From: a virus
Lineage: Duplodnaviria > Caudoviricetes
Direction: 5' to 3' (one strand)
IMG/VR virus record: IMGVR_UViG_3300025084_000172
Location: 1-27,165 of that record
DNA length: 27,165 nt
The notes below the pieces were generated by a model, which saw only the letters and a list, made by a program, of their open reading frames with translations, was not told the origin of the DNA and did no database searches. The first letter of the stretch is position 1, and every line of letters starts with the position of its first letter. The position numbers were made by a program, and so were the translations under genes. Positions 15,149 through 24,434 of the stretch are shown piece by piece.

Positions 15149-16000
15149 TTAGTAGTCAAATAAATCAGCGTCTAGCGGGTCGGCTCTCAGTGTGTAGGTT
15201 CTGGAATACACCGACGAGTTTTCATCCTTGTCTTCTGTGAGGTCTGAAAAGAACCACCAACCAACATCGCCATCTACAGCACCTCCGCCCGTTGCCCATG
15301 ATGGGATTGGCGGGTTACCTTCTGGAGTTCCTACCTTTTTTCCAAAGTCGTTAAGATGTTGTTGCTCCATTCCTCCTTTGTTGGTTTCTGTGATTGTCCA
15401 TTCTACCTCTGGCTTGTCATATGTCCTCAAGCCTCCTTGGATCTTCCGAAACCATTTTAGCGCGTCGCCTGTTAAAACGCCTGCAAAATAATCATAATCT
15501 TTCTGCTTACCCCTTATTGTCACCCCTCCAGATGACGGGTCGCCAATTGGTCTCGCTTCGCCATTATAAAAACCAGCAATTGCACGCCGAACCGGTGTGT
15601 CTGTTACTTGTGCAAGGTAGTTTGGATGAGTCAGAATGCTGGCTTGCGTCAACACCGCACGATAAGAAAACGACAAGGATCTTTCTGTGATGCCGCTTGA
15701 ATCCTCACCCTCTCCAGCTCCGCTAAACGTGCAGGAGATTTGCGTCAACCCTCCGCGCTGGTGTGAAATTCTATGAGACTTTAAGGTGATAAAGTCATAC
15801 TTTATTGGGATGCTTGGGTCTAGGTCTGTAAGCTTCTTGCCCTTTTTTAGTGCGTTGACTATTGGCTCGTTAGCGTGATCAATGTATCTGCAAGTGTAAG
15901 TCTGTGAACCTGTCCACATTCCCTCACTGGACCTAGTTAATTCTAAGTCATGACTTGGGACTAATTCATTAAGCCCGATTCCGTGTATTTTGCTGCTCAT
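15149..16000 (-). CDS. Putative distal tail/hub protein
   Basis: Positioned immediately after the tape measure gene. Confidence 0.55.
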   Translation of the reverse strand: MSSKIHGIGLNELVPSHDLELTRSSEGMWTGSQTYTCRYIDHANEPIVNALKKGKKLTDLDPSIPIKYDFITLKSHRISHQRGGLTQISCTFSGAGEGEDSSGITERSLSFSYRAVLTQASILTHPNYLAQVTDTPVRRAIAGFYNGEARPIGDPSSGGVTIRGKQKDYDYFAGVLTGDALKWFRKIQGGLRTYDKPEVEWTITETNKGGMEQQHLNDFGKKVGTPEGNPPIPSWATGGGAVDGDVGWWFFSDLTEDKDENSSVYSRTYTLRADPLDADLFDY

Positions 16001-16004
16001 GTTT

Positions 16005-17156
16005 TTAAGCGTAAACTCCTGTTATTCCACCGGTTGCCAGCCGCTCTAGTATGCGGTTGGTCTCTCCTGTGTTCTGTTCTATTTTTGTGTTGTCTGCGGA
16101 TGATATGTTGACCTTATCAAGCACCCTTCCGAACACTCCGCCGTCGCCGTCTTTTGATCCTCCACCGACACCAAGCAATCCTTTAATGCTGAAGTCTGGC
16201 ATTATGTTTTTCAGCGCGTTTGTGATTCCGTCACCTATCACTTGAGACAACCAGTTGCCAAGCTCTGCCATCTTGGATTTGATCCACTCCCACAAGCCAT
16301 CCTCCTTTATTGCGTTGACGCCCTCGGCGATAAAGTTTGCTATGTCCTTAGCTATGCCTGCAACATCAATAGAATCAATTAAATCTGAAATGCTCTTAGC
16401 CTCTAATCCTGCCGCCTTGAATGCCTCAAGCACGCCTAATGCAAGCTCGGAAAACTTCCTTCCGATTGACTGCCTAATGTCAAAGATTGATTCTAGGTCT
16501 GGGCTTAATCTGCTTATTTGACCCGCAAAGCCTTTCGTGACCCCCCGCGCATCCTTCATGCCTTTCTCATAGTTGAGGAAAAAGGGTATTAGTTTCTTTC
16601 CCGCTTGCTCTCCTAGAAGCTCGTTTATTTGGAACATGGCGTCCGCGGGTCCGCGCTCCTTTTTAAGCTCTGAAAACTTCTTAGATATCAACTCTATTTG
16701 ATCTACTATGTTTTTGCCTGCTATATCGTCGTAGAAGATGCCCATGTCTCGCATCGACTTTCCTGGCGTTGATTCCGGGTCGGCTAATGCTTCACCTATA
16801 CGCTCTGAAATGTCGCGCATGTCGTCTGCGGCGTCTCCTAGGTCTTTGCCTGTAGCCTTTGACATTGCTTGACGCATGGCTAGGTATTCATCTTTCGCCA
16901 CACCCGTAGACTGAGCCATCACGTCAAGCTCCTTGTTTAGCATGGAAAGGTTTCCTAGCTCGTTAGGGATAGCTTGCAAGCCGTTTATGACAAAACCGAA
17001 AAGATCACTTCCCATTCTGCGAGCCGCGCCGACTCCAACTTGACGAGTTGCCCTGCCTATGCCTCGTTTAAGCTTGCCGAAGCCGCCCATAATGCTGCCA
17101 AGCCCCCGCTTGACCTCTGAGCCATCAAAGCCAATCTTTATTTTTTCGCCTATCAT
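16005..17156 (-). CDS. Tail tape measure protein (short)
   Basis: KIKIGFDGS N-terminus, helical Gly/Ala-rich composition, IEQNT.ETNRILE C-terminus; follows the frameshifted chaperones. Confidence 0.75.
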   Translation of the reverse strand: MIGEKIKIGFDGSEVKRGLGSIMGGFGKLKRGIGRATRQVGVGAARRMGSDLFGFVINGLQAIPNELGNLSMLNKELDVMAQSTGVAKDEYLAMRQAMSKATGKDLGDAADDMRDISERIGEALADPESTPGKSMRDMGIFYDDIAGKNIVDQIELISKKFSELKKERGPADAMFQINELLGEQAGKKLIPFFLNYEKGMKDARGVTKGFAGQISRLSPDLESIFDIRQSIGRKFSELALGVLEAFKAAGLEAKSISDLIDSIDVAGIAKDIANFIAEGVNAIKEDGLWEWIKSKMAELGNWLSQVIGDGITNALKNIMPDFSIKGLLGVGGGSKDGDGGVFGRVLDKVNISSADNTKIEQNTGETNRILERLATGGITGVYA

Positions 17157-17158
17157 CT

Positions 17159-17404
17159 TTAGAATCCTTCTATAACAACGTCCGAAAGTCTATCAAACTC
17201 CGACAATATCTCCTGTGATGGGTCGCCCGCATTGGTCCAGTCAAAGTCGCTACCATTAGCCACAGCGTCAGCGTGTAACATTTGCATAATTACAGATAAT
17301 GGATAATTCCACAAAGCATCGTGAACAGAAAGCCCTATTGTATGCGCCCTAGCCGCTATTGTAGCCACTAAGCAAGGGCTTGCGGTTGGGCTTCGTCCTT
17401 TCCC
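17159..17404 (-). CDS. Tail assembly chaperone gpT-like extension, reached by -1 frameshift
   Basis: The -1 frame is open from the slippery site: GKGRSPTASPCLVATIAAR... Confidence 0.75.
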   Translation of the reverse strand, partial: GKGRSPTASPCLVATIAARAHTIGLSVHDALWNYPLSVIMQMLHADAVANGSDFDWTNAGDPSQEILSEFDRLSDVVIEGF

Positions 17405-17757
17405 AGCGGGTCAACCTCGGAGGCTTGTAGTGCCTTTATCTCGTCCATTACAACGGACTGGAAGCGCTCAATAGTGTAATCATCTCTTGTGACTGCAAAC
17501 GAAGCGACGTCTTCTTTCCATTGCTCTTTCCTTGCAAGGTATGAGCCAAGTTCCGGCGGCGTTTTGGTGCAGGCTAGTAGTGCCTCTGCCATTAGCTCGC
17601 CATCGTCGGCAGATTCTTCCTCGTCTCCGCCAAACAGGGGATTACCCATCTTTCGCAGAAATGTCCTGCGGTTAGCGGATAGCGGCTTAATCTGGTTACC
17701 GTCAACCTCGAAACCTTCGAAAAGGAAGGCGCTTTCTAGTGTTTTGTTTCTGTCCAT
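17368..17757 (-). CDS. Tail assembly chaperone (gpG-like)
   Basis: Lies between the tail tube and the TMP; ends ...DPLGK with G GGA AAG. Confidence 0.75.
   Translation of the reverse strand: MDRNKTLESAFLFEGFEVDGNQIKPLSANRRTFLRKMGNPLFGGDEEESADDGELMAEALLACTKTPPELGSYLARKEQWKEDVASFAVTRDDYTIERFQSVVMDEIKALQASEVDPLGKDEAQPQALA
17398..17404 (-). other. Programmed -1 ribosomal frameshift site GGGAAAG
   Basis: Identical to the lambda G/T slippery heptamer and in the correct phase. Confidence 0.85.
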
Positions 17758-17789
17758 TTTTCTATTTTTCTAATTTTAAGTTTTGATTT

Positions 17790-18353
17790 TTACCCTTCCA
17801 GCCTAGCCAGCAACTCATTCCTTCGCCACTTCGCTAGATTTGTATCAATCGCCGCGTGCGCATTGCCTCGCGTTATCATTATTCTACGCCGTGCTTTCTG
17901 CACAACCTGCCAACAATAATCCCTGTTATAAACAAACGCGAAAATATGCGCGTTGCTTGTTTCTGGATCCTTGGCAATGAAGTCTGTAATGTCTGAAATT
18001 GACGCTGGCAAAGCCCTTACAACACCTCCCATTTCCTCGATGTAGGTGTGCGCGTAGTCGAGCCAATCACTAGATCTCGTTACAGAGTTATCCCTTCCCG
18101 CCTTAACAAAAGCCATAACCGTCGCAAAGCTGGCGTCGTTGCAATTACTTGGAGTCCGCCAAAAGTCCATAAGTCGCTCCGTGTTGTATGCGCCGTCAAT
18201 GCTGACCGGGCAGATATGGAAGCGAGCATAGTTCTTGCCGTTATCTCTAAGCACAAGAGAGCAGGGGTCCACCTCTGAAAGTGGAACGCCTACGCTCATG
18301 AGTGCCGCAGTGAGGTTGATATCCCCACAGTTTAAGGTGTGTGATTTTTCCAT
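17790..18353 (-). CDS. Hypothetical protein in the tail module
   Basis: 187-aa ORF with DINLTAALMSVGVPL N-terminus. Confidence 0.7.
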   Translation of the reverse strand: MEKSHTLNCGDINLTAALMSVGVPLSEVDPCSLVLRDNGKNYARFHICPVSIDGAYNTERLMDFWRTPSNCNDASFATVMAFVKAGRDNSVTRSSDWLDYAHTYIEEMGGVVRALPASISDITDFIAKDPETSNAHIFAFVYNRDYCWQVVQKARRRIMITRGNAHAAIDTNLAKWRRNELLARLEG

Positions 18354-18369
18354 ATTTGATTATTTGGCG

Positions 18370-18798
18370 CTAGCTTGAGATAACTAGCGGCGAGTCAGTA
18401 GCGACAAGAGGCTTGAATTTGCCCGATAAGCTGCCAGACTCAAACCCGCGATTAGTCCTGCTGACCTCAAGAGAGGAGATGACTACACCTGCGTTAGCGT
18501 CCGAAGTGGTGAATAAGCTATCATCGTTTAGCCCCAGCGAGTCGTCGCTCTCGTTTGCAAGCGTGATTGTGTCGGCAATGTTTAAACCAATGCCAGTTCC
18601 TTTAACGGCAACGACACCATCAGCGCTAACCTCTGTTTGATCGTTGAAGTAACTAGAAGCAAATTCGCTTCCAGTGTGATCTTCTGCCCCTGCCTCCTCG
18701 ACAGAGTAGGAATATCTGATGTTAGCAAGTTTTAATCCTGTGGCTGTGTCGTCGTCAACGATGCCATAACGGGGGGTCCCAAATACTGTAGCGCTCAT
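18370..18798 (-). CDS. Putative major tail tube protein
   Basis: 142 aa, acidic and beta-rich, at the syntenic position; late motif about 90 bp upstream. Confidence 0.6.
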   Translation of the reverse strand: MSATVFGTPRYGIVDDDTATGLKLANIRYSYSVEEAGAEDHTGSEFASSYFNDQTEVSADGVVAVKGTGIGLNIADTITLANESDDSLGLNDDSLFTTSDANAGVVISSLEVSRTNRGFESGSLSGKFKPLVATDSPLVISS

Positions 18799-18808
18799 TT
18801 TGTGTAAG

Positions 18809-19249
18809 TTAGTTGTCTAGGCAGCAAACGATGGATTGGTTAATCGTGCTTACGTTTCTGCCGTCTTCATCACTATTACTCTGCCCATCTGTCCGAATGT
18901 CAAACACCTTCAAGCCAGCTGTTGAGTTGAGCGTGTTAATTGCCGCCACGTCGCCTAGCAGGTCATAAAGCTGGACAACCATTGCGGCGTGTTGCTCTTG
19001 TGTTGTGCCGTCGTATTCATCTTCGCTCTTGATCGTGTGCAATGCTACATCAACGCTTAAAGGATCAAATACACCTCTAAGCGTCTCATGTTCCTCTGCT
19101 CCTTGGTCTGTAACGAATATGCAAGGGTAGTCCCTCACAGAGTCCTCCTGTGATGTGTAGACGGGTAAACCGTCGAGCAAGTCGAACGTTGCCGCGTCGG
19201 CGTCTGTAATTAGCGATTTAATCGCATCTAAAATTCTATCGGTTGTCAT
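18809..19249 (-). CDS. Putative tail terminator/completion protein
   Basis: Acidic 146 aa with YPCIFV, immediately upstream of the tail tube. Confidence 0.6.
   Translation of the reverse strand: MTTDRILDAIKSLITDADAATFDLLDGLPVYTSQEDSVRDYPCIFVTDQGAEEHETLRGVFDPLSVDVALHTIKSEDEYDGTTQEQHAAMVVQLYDLLGDVAAINTLNSTAGLKVFDIRTDGQSNSDEDGRNVSTINQSIVCCLDN
18890..18903 (-). promoter_or_regulatory. Putative late promoter motif TTGACATTCGGACA (copy 2, intragenic)
   Basis: Exact 14-mer upstream of the tail tube gene. Confidence 0.65.
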
Positions 19250-20010
19250 TTTTTCTTTTTGTTTTCTGCTTTGATTGCTTTTTTATACCACTTCAAGGTG
19301 TTTATTGCTCCGTCTCTCGCGGCTTTCCTTTTGTTTGATGTGCTTAAAACGTGGCTTTTCTTGCTGTATGGTAGCTTGTTTATGAGGTCTGCAAACGATT
19401 TAAACAGCCTCGTTCCCTCTTTGGCGCTTCCTAGCTTCACGGGCTTTCTTGAAAACTTCATCAAGCCCTTGCCTATCCTTGATGGGTTCTTGCCTTTTTG
19501 TCTCTTTGAGATTTGCTCGCCAGCATCGAGCCAGCCGTCCTTAGCCATGCCTGCTGTCGCCTTGTATTTCCTGTTTATTGCTCGCTTGAATAATGCCTCT
19601 GTGCAAACTTTGCGCTGTGCCGGTGGCAGTTTAATTGTCCTCTTGTTTGCGGCTGTTCTGTTTTGATTGATCCATCTAATCACCTCGTCCTCGCTTCTTA
19701 AGTATCTGTCGTTTGATGCGTATGAGTGTTTGCCGTTTATTTCAAAGCTGTAACCCTTGCCCGTCCTTGTCGCCTTGGCTTTACCCTTGTGCGTGAAGAT
19801 GACGTTTGAACCATCTTTGAGCATGGTTTTTTTATGCATACCTGGTTTACTCCCGAATATCTGGGTGTATTTTGCCAAGTCTCTGCACGTCTGGACTCCC
19901 CATCGCTTAACCGCTTGCTCCTGCGATTCGCCGTATGACTTCGAAAGTTTCTTTAGCTTCTTAAGCATTGCCGCCTCGTCAAAGTCGGATTTCAGCACGC
20001 TGCGAGCCAT
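19246..20010 (-). CDS. Basic neck/tail completion protein (HK97 gp10 / lambda gpZ-like position)
   Basis: Very Lys/Arg-rich, GMAKDGW motif, synteny. Confidence 0.55.
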   Translation of the reverse strand: MARSVLKSDFDEAAMLKKLKKLSKSYGESQEQAVKRWGVQTCRDLAKYTQIFGSKPGMHKKTMLKDGSNVIFTHKGKAKATRTGKGYSFEINGKHSYASNDRYLRSEDEVIRWINQNRTAANKRTIKLPPAQRKVCTEALFKRAINRKYKATAGMAKDGWLDAGEQISKRQKGKNPSRIGKGLMKFSRKPVKLGSAKEGTRLFKSFADLINKLPYSKKSHVLSTSNKRKAARDGAINTLKWYKKAIKAENKKKK

Positions 20011-20345
20011 TAAGACACCTCCGTTCTTGAGATTAGGTTGATCGTGATATAAGCAACTCCGCCTTCTATGTCTCCAACTCTCCAGCCTTGCCCGTCATGC
20101 ACGCAAATCTTGCCAACGTATGATTTGAGCGATGATTGATAAGACGCCACAAAGTCCACCCTAGAGCAAACAAGGGTAAGTCTAGCCGATGCTTGGAAGC
20201 CGTTCATTTCCGACTCCCTGTCATGCCTCTGCTCTGCCTCTATTACCTGCACGCTATCACCTCCGCCGATTGTGAATGACGTGGTGCCTATTATGCTCTT
20301 GGCGACTGAGTAGCCAGCTTCGTTAAAGTCTGTTAATTGTGACAT
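20010..20345 (-). CDS. Putative head-tail joining protein (gpFII-like)
   Basis: 111 aa, beta-rich, C-terminal G..WRV..I, synteny. Confidence 0.6.
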   Translation of the reverse strand: MSQLTDFNEAGYSVAKSIIGTTSFTIGGGDSVQVIEAEQRHDRESEMNGFQASARLTLVCSRVDFVASYQSSLKSYVGKICVHDGQGWRVGDIEGGVAYITINLISRTEVS

Positions 20346-20351
20346 AGTTAT

Positions 20352-20383
20352 AAAAAAGCCCCTCCCCGCGAAAGGGAGAGGCT
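20352..20383 (-). terminator. Intrinsic terminator after the capsid operon
   Basis: AGCCTCTCCC-TTTCGCG-GGGAGGGGCT followed by a T-run. Confidence 0.85.
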
Positions 20384-20418
20384 AAGTTGTGTTAATTACA
20401 ACGCAAATTTATTATTAG

Positions 20419-20649
20419 TTATTTGGATTTGGTTGTCTTTTTAACTGATTTTTTAGGTGCTGGTTTTGCAACCTTGGCGAATCGCTTGTGGCGGATTCGT
20501 CCTTGGTGCTTGTCAACAACCTCTACAACATCGAAGCCGTCTTCGGCAGTGATGGTTTTAAACTTTCTGCGGATATCCACAGGCTGACCGTCTTCGATCA
20601 GCTCCCGCTTGCCGGCTTTAGTGCCGATTAGTAATGCGTAGTTTGCCAT
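20419..20649 (-). CDS. Small basic protein following the major capsid gene
   Basis: 76 aa with a Lys-rich tail, between the capsid gene and the terminator. Confidence 0.7.
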   Translation of the reverse strand: MANYALLIGTKAGKRELIEDGQPVDIRRKFKTITAEDGFDVVEVVDKHQGRIRHKRFAKVAKPAPKKSVKKTTKSK

Positions 20650-20667
20650 TGTTTCGAGTTGTTAAAA

Positions 20668-21561
20668 TTAAGCAGAGACGAGGCGCTTGATGCCTGTGCT
20701 GATGCCGGTCTCGTATCCGTAAACGGACTCGATGACGCACTTGCGAACACCGCTGTCCTCAGAATACCAGTCACGGAGTCCAAGAGTGATACCACCTTCG
20801 CCAACGAGGGCTTCTGCGCGGTTATACTTGTGACCCTCTTGTGGAGCAAGGTAACGGAAAGCGGAAGCAATGCCGTTGCCGTCGGTAGCAAATCCTACGA
20901 GGTTCTCGCCGTTAGCAGGGATTGCGTTGGACATGATGACCTTGAAACCGTGAAGCATTGGGATGTCACCGTTCTGGATGGCGTTGTAGCCGTATCCGCT
21001 GGTGTCCTTGATTGCGCCACTCTTGCGAAGTGCGGCGATGTATGAAGGGGAGAGAACCAGGTAGCGGTCGTCTTGCGCCCAGTCTGCGCTGTCGCAGTCC
21101 TCGGCAACGTCTGCAACGTCGTCCTCGTCGAATGTGCCAGCAGCACCAGTGAAGGAAGCCGCGCCGAAGTTGGCGTTGGTTACTTCGCTGAGAATGTCCT
21201 GCATGACAGTTTTAGCAAGCAGGTTGCCTTTACGGCGACCAAACTTTTCCATGCTCAATACTGAGCTATTAGCGATCTCGCTGTCGTCAAGTCCCCATGA
21301 AACATACTTAGGTTGTCCCATTGTGACCTCTACAGCGTCGGAGTCTGCATCCTGCACAGCGTATGCGCCGTGGCTGGTCTTGTCGAGTGCCGCGTCGATT
21401 GCTGAGTTATCACGCATGATGCTGACCTTCTCCCCGCGCCCTACGGCGTCAGATGAAAAGTCGGCGGTAAGTGCGGACAACGGCGCGATTGCGGTTGTGT
21501 ATCCTTCTAGAACCGAACGAGAGATGATGTCGTCGTTGATCCCTGTAATTGAATTAGCCAT
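20668..21561 (-). CDS. Major capsid protein
   Basis: 297 aa, MANSITG..., RYLVLSP.Y..L, G.IPMLHGFKV..SN.IP, C-terminal YG.......KRL; follows the protease and scaffold. Confidence 0.85.
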   Translation of the reverse strand: MANSITGINDDIISRSVLEGYTTAIAPLSALTADFSSDAVGRGEKVSIMRDNSAIDAALDKTSHGAYAVQDADSDAVEVTMGQPKYVSWGLDDSEIANSSVLSMEKFGRRKGNLLAKTVMQDILSEVTNANFGAASFTGAAGTFDEDDVADVAEDCDSADWAQDDRYLVLSPSYIAALRKSGAIKDTSGYGYNAIQNGDIPMLHGFKVIMSNAIPANGENLVGFATDGNGIASAFRYLAPQEGHKYNRAEALVGEGGITLGLRDWYSEDSGVRKCVIESVYGYETGISTGIKRLVSA

Positions 21562-21595
21562 TATTTTATTTTGGTTTTATTGTTGTTTGTAGTGA

Positions 21596-22045
21596 TTAGC
21601 CCGCAAGTAATGCGGCTTTGTTCTCCTGCCAGAAAGCCGAAGCCTCTGCCGGGTTAGATTGTTGTAGTTTGCGATACTCAGCGTGTAAGTCGGTATTGCT
21701 CTTTGCGTTGTCCTCAAGAACGACCTTGGCTTGATGTCCCGCAGATGCTGCGAGTTCTACTGCTTTGGCGTTTGTTGATTCCTCAGATTCTGCAAGCTCT
21801 GCCTGTGTCTTCTCAAGGTCAGCGCTTACGTCTTGAAGTTGCGCGGCGGTGTTCTCTTGTGCCTCTACTGCACCTTCCTTCTGTGCTGTAAGAGTTGCGA
21901 TTGCCTCGTCCTTCTCAATTAGTTGAGCGTTAGCCGCATCAAGTTGAGCCTGAACGTTCTCCAGCGTGTTATTAGCTTCCTCGCGCTCGATCTTCATGTC
22001 TTCGATCTGTGCTTTGAGTGCTTTGTTTGTTTTTAGTGCTTCCAT
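21596..22045 (-). CDS. Capsid scaffolding protein
   Basis: Coiled-coil, Ala/Glu/Gln-rich, between the protease and the capsid gene. Confidence 0.7.
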   Translation of the reverse strand: MEALKTNKALKAQIEDMKIEREEANNTLENVQAQLDAANAQLIEKDEAIATLTAQKEGAVEAQENTAAQLQDVSADLEKTQAELAESEESTNAKAVELAASAGHQAKVVLEDNAKSNTDLHAEYRKLQQSNPAEASAFWQENKAALLAG

Positions 22046-22077
22046 GTTTTTATGTAAGTTATGGTTTATATAAGTTT

Positions 22078-22932
22078 CTATTGTGTCCGAATGTCAATTG
22101 CTGATTTAATCATGCTCTTGTAATCCTTAAGAGTTCCTTTGAAATCAATTAGACCAAGTGCGGCGGCGGCGTCTGGTTGATACCATCCTGCGCGATATAC
22201 TTCCTCGTCGACGTCTGGTCTGGACTCAATCACTCTAGCGTGGAATTGGTCGCCCATATCATTGAGCTGGTTCTGCAAAAATTCGCGCTGTGAGTCAGTT
22301 GGTTCTGTTCGCATTGTGCCTTTAAGGTCTGCGCCTTCATTGGTCATCAATGTTCTTTTTGCACCCATGTTCTCATACACGCCGCTAAAGTCCCACATAT
22401 CCAGAACCGTTCCGATGTTGCCCGTCATGCTTGACGGAGAGGCGGCAATGCTTTCTGCTGGTGCGATTAGGTAATAGCCCGCAGATGTAGCGTATCCTTC
22501 ATTGTATGCAAATACAGGCTTGCCTGATGACTTAATGGCTTCGTATGTTTCCTCTATACCGGAGACTGTGCCTCCTGGTGTGTTGACCCTTAAAAGAATT
22601 GCTTTGACGTCCTCGTCCATATTAGCTGCTTCTATGTCCTCTCTGATTTCTTCGTATGAGGTAGAACCCATAGCAAGGTCGATAGGTGATGCGTCAGACA
22701 GCATCGGTCCGTGCAGATGCACCTCAGCGATACCATCATCGTTAGTCATCCTCTGGCGTTGTGTCATGTAGACAGAGAGCATGTCTCGTAAGACCTCTTT
22801 CTTATCGTCGCCTTGAGCGCCAACGCTTGCAATTGCTTCCTTCATTTCTGCAGGGAAACTACTCGAAATCACCTTGTTCATTCCCTCGCTGCTGATTGCC
22901 CAGAACTGGGATTTGTGTTGAATCTTGTTCAT
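22078..22932 (-). CDS. Head maturation protease, S49 (SppA / lambda gpC-like)
   Basis: ILLRVNTPGG, ATSAGYYL, GNIG, K and AAALGLID motifs. Confidence 0.9.
   Translation of the reverse strand: MNKIQHKSQFWAISSEGMNKVISSSFPAEMKEAIASVGAQGDDKKEVLRDMLSVYMTQRQRMTNDDGIAEVHLHGPMLSDASPIDLAMGSTSYEEIREDIEAANMDEDVKAILLRVNTPGGTVSGIEETYEAIKSSGKPVFAYNEGYATSAGYYLIAPAESIAASPSSMTGNIGTVLDMWDFSGVYENMGAKRTLMTNEGADLKGTMRTEPTDSQREFLQNQLNDMGDQFHARVIESRPDVDEEVYRAGWYQPDAAAALGLIDFKGTLKDYKSMIKSAIDIRTQ
22084..22097 (-). promoter_or_regulatory. Putative late promoter motif TTGACATTCGGACA (copy 3)
   Basis: In the last codons of the protease gene, upstream of scaffold and capsid. Confidence 0.7.
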
Positions 22933-22946
22933 TTTGTTTGTTTTAT

Positions 22947-24434
22947 TTATTCTTCTTGATTGTTTAGTTCTATCGCCTGTGCTTGATCGTTAGGCGTGAA
23001 CATGACCAGCTCTCGCTCGTCGATCTGAACGCCAAACTCATCTTGTATCTGTGCAATCTTGAGTTTACGCTTTACAGCTTCCATTGCGCGATTGTTTAAG
23101 TGGTCGTCGTAGGTTCTGCCCTCGGCTTCCAGTAAGTCAGACATGTTTTCCTTACCTAGTCTGAATCCTTCCATCATCATTTTTGACTCCCTGCCATCAT
23201 CAACGGACAGTCTCGGCGGGCGTGTAAATTCCCACGCGAAAGGGTTTTCTAAATCTGGCAATGCCCCTTGCTTGTTAGCGAATGAGTATGCGTAAGTAAT
23301 TACTCTCGTAGCCCATGCATTAAGCCTCTTTTGTCTGGAAATGATTGCTTTCCTTGCTCTGAGTATCTCGCCGCGCTCTGCCGTTCCTTGTCCTGTCGGC
23401 TTCCATGTCAGCGAGTAAGACCACCTAGCACCAGATACAAATGATCTAATCATGCGGTCGTGGAAGCTAGAGAATGAGTCGCCGCCTGCCTCATGGCGCA
23501 ACTGTGTAATCTTGTTACCGTTGCCTGCTTGGGCATACCATACCTGTGGCGAAATTTCTTGCGTGGTCAGACCGTCAGCGGTTGCGGGTGTGCCGAGGAT
23601 ATCGTTCCTTGGGTCGCCTAGTTCTGGACCGCCTGTATCGTTTTCCACAAATAGACCAATGCTTGACATTATTAACTGCCTGCTGCGCTCGTATTCTGTA
23701 GATTGTAAGATGTGCTTTAGGTCTTCAAGTGCGTGCGATGCTACAGGGAGACCGCGCCGACCGTCTGAAAGGGTAGGATCAAAGCTGTGAATTATGCTGG
23801 CTGCGTCTATGTCCTTATAGTCTGCTTTATCTTGCCCTGTGCTTACACGGTATGCAAGCGGCTTATCGTTGTCGTCGTAGATGATGCCGTAGATGATGCG
23901 ACGCCCCTTGTGCGGTCCACTATTAACTGTGCATTGCTCGCCGTATTTCTTGTCTGCGTCTTTAGTGCGGACTGCGTGAGCTGGAATGTTCTTGATCCTT
24001 GGAAACTTGCCGGTCTCGTCCGTGGTCAACAGCGTGAAGTGATCGCCCCTAACGTCAATCTCGTAGCTGACCGACTCCAGGTTCTCCCACCAGTCCCAAG
24101 ATTGCCCGCGAAGGTCTAGCGATTTAAAGAATGAGTTCGTGAGCCATGACTCCACCTCGCCCCCCTGCTCTCTGTCCTCGCCCTTGTAGGTTGGCAACCA
24201 TGCAACACCGACCGAGTATGAAGCCTTTTGATCGACTACAGACTTGAACGGTCCCATGTTTAGGAATAGCCGCTGAGATAGCGCTACCACTACATCCCTA
24301 TCCCTCTCAGAGATAAGGTCGTCTAAAGATTTGTTTTGAAGCTGAAACTGTGGTCCTCTGTATCTAGACTGAGAGGATCCGTGAATCAGTTTGTTGGTGC
24401 TTGTGACAGGATTTGAGTTGGCGTCGAGGATCAT
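22947..24434 (-). CDS. Portal protein, lambda family
   Basis: 495 aa; RGDHF, GIIYDD..KPLAY, IIHSFDP....RRGLP and W....P...VD.GRE patterns; synteny. Confidence 0.85.
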   Translation of the reverse strand: MILDANSNPVTSTNKLIHGSSQSRYRGPQFQLQNKSLDDLISERDRDVVVALSQRLFLNMGPFKSVVDQKASYSVGVAWLPTYKGEDREQGGEVESWLTNSFFKSLDLRGQSWDWWENLESVSYEIDVRGDHFTLLTTDETGKFPRIKNIPAHAVRTKDADKKYGEQCTVNSGPHKGRRIIYGIIYDDNDKPLAYRVSTGQDKADYKDIDAASIIHSFDPTLSDGRRGLPVASHALEDLKHILQSTEYERSRQLIMSSIGLFVENDTGGPELGDPRNDILGTPATADGLTTQEISPQVWYAQAGNGNKITQLRHEAGGDSFSSFHDRMIRSFVSGARWSYSLTWKPTGQGTAERGEILRARKAIISRQKRLNAWATRVITYAYSFANKQGALPDLENPFAWEFTRPPRLSVDDGRESKMMMEGFRLGKENMSDLLEAEGRTYDDHLNNRAMEAVKRKLKIAQIQDEFGVQIDERELVMFTPNDQAQAIELNNQEE

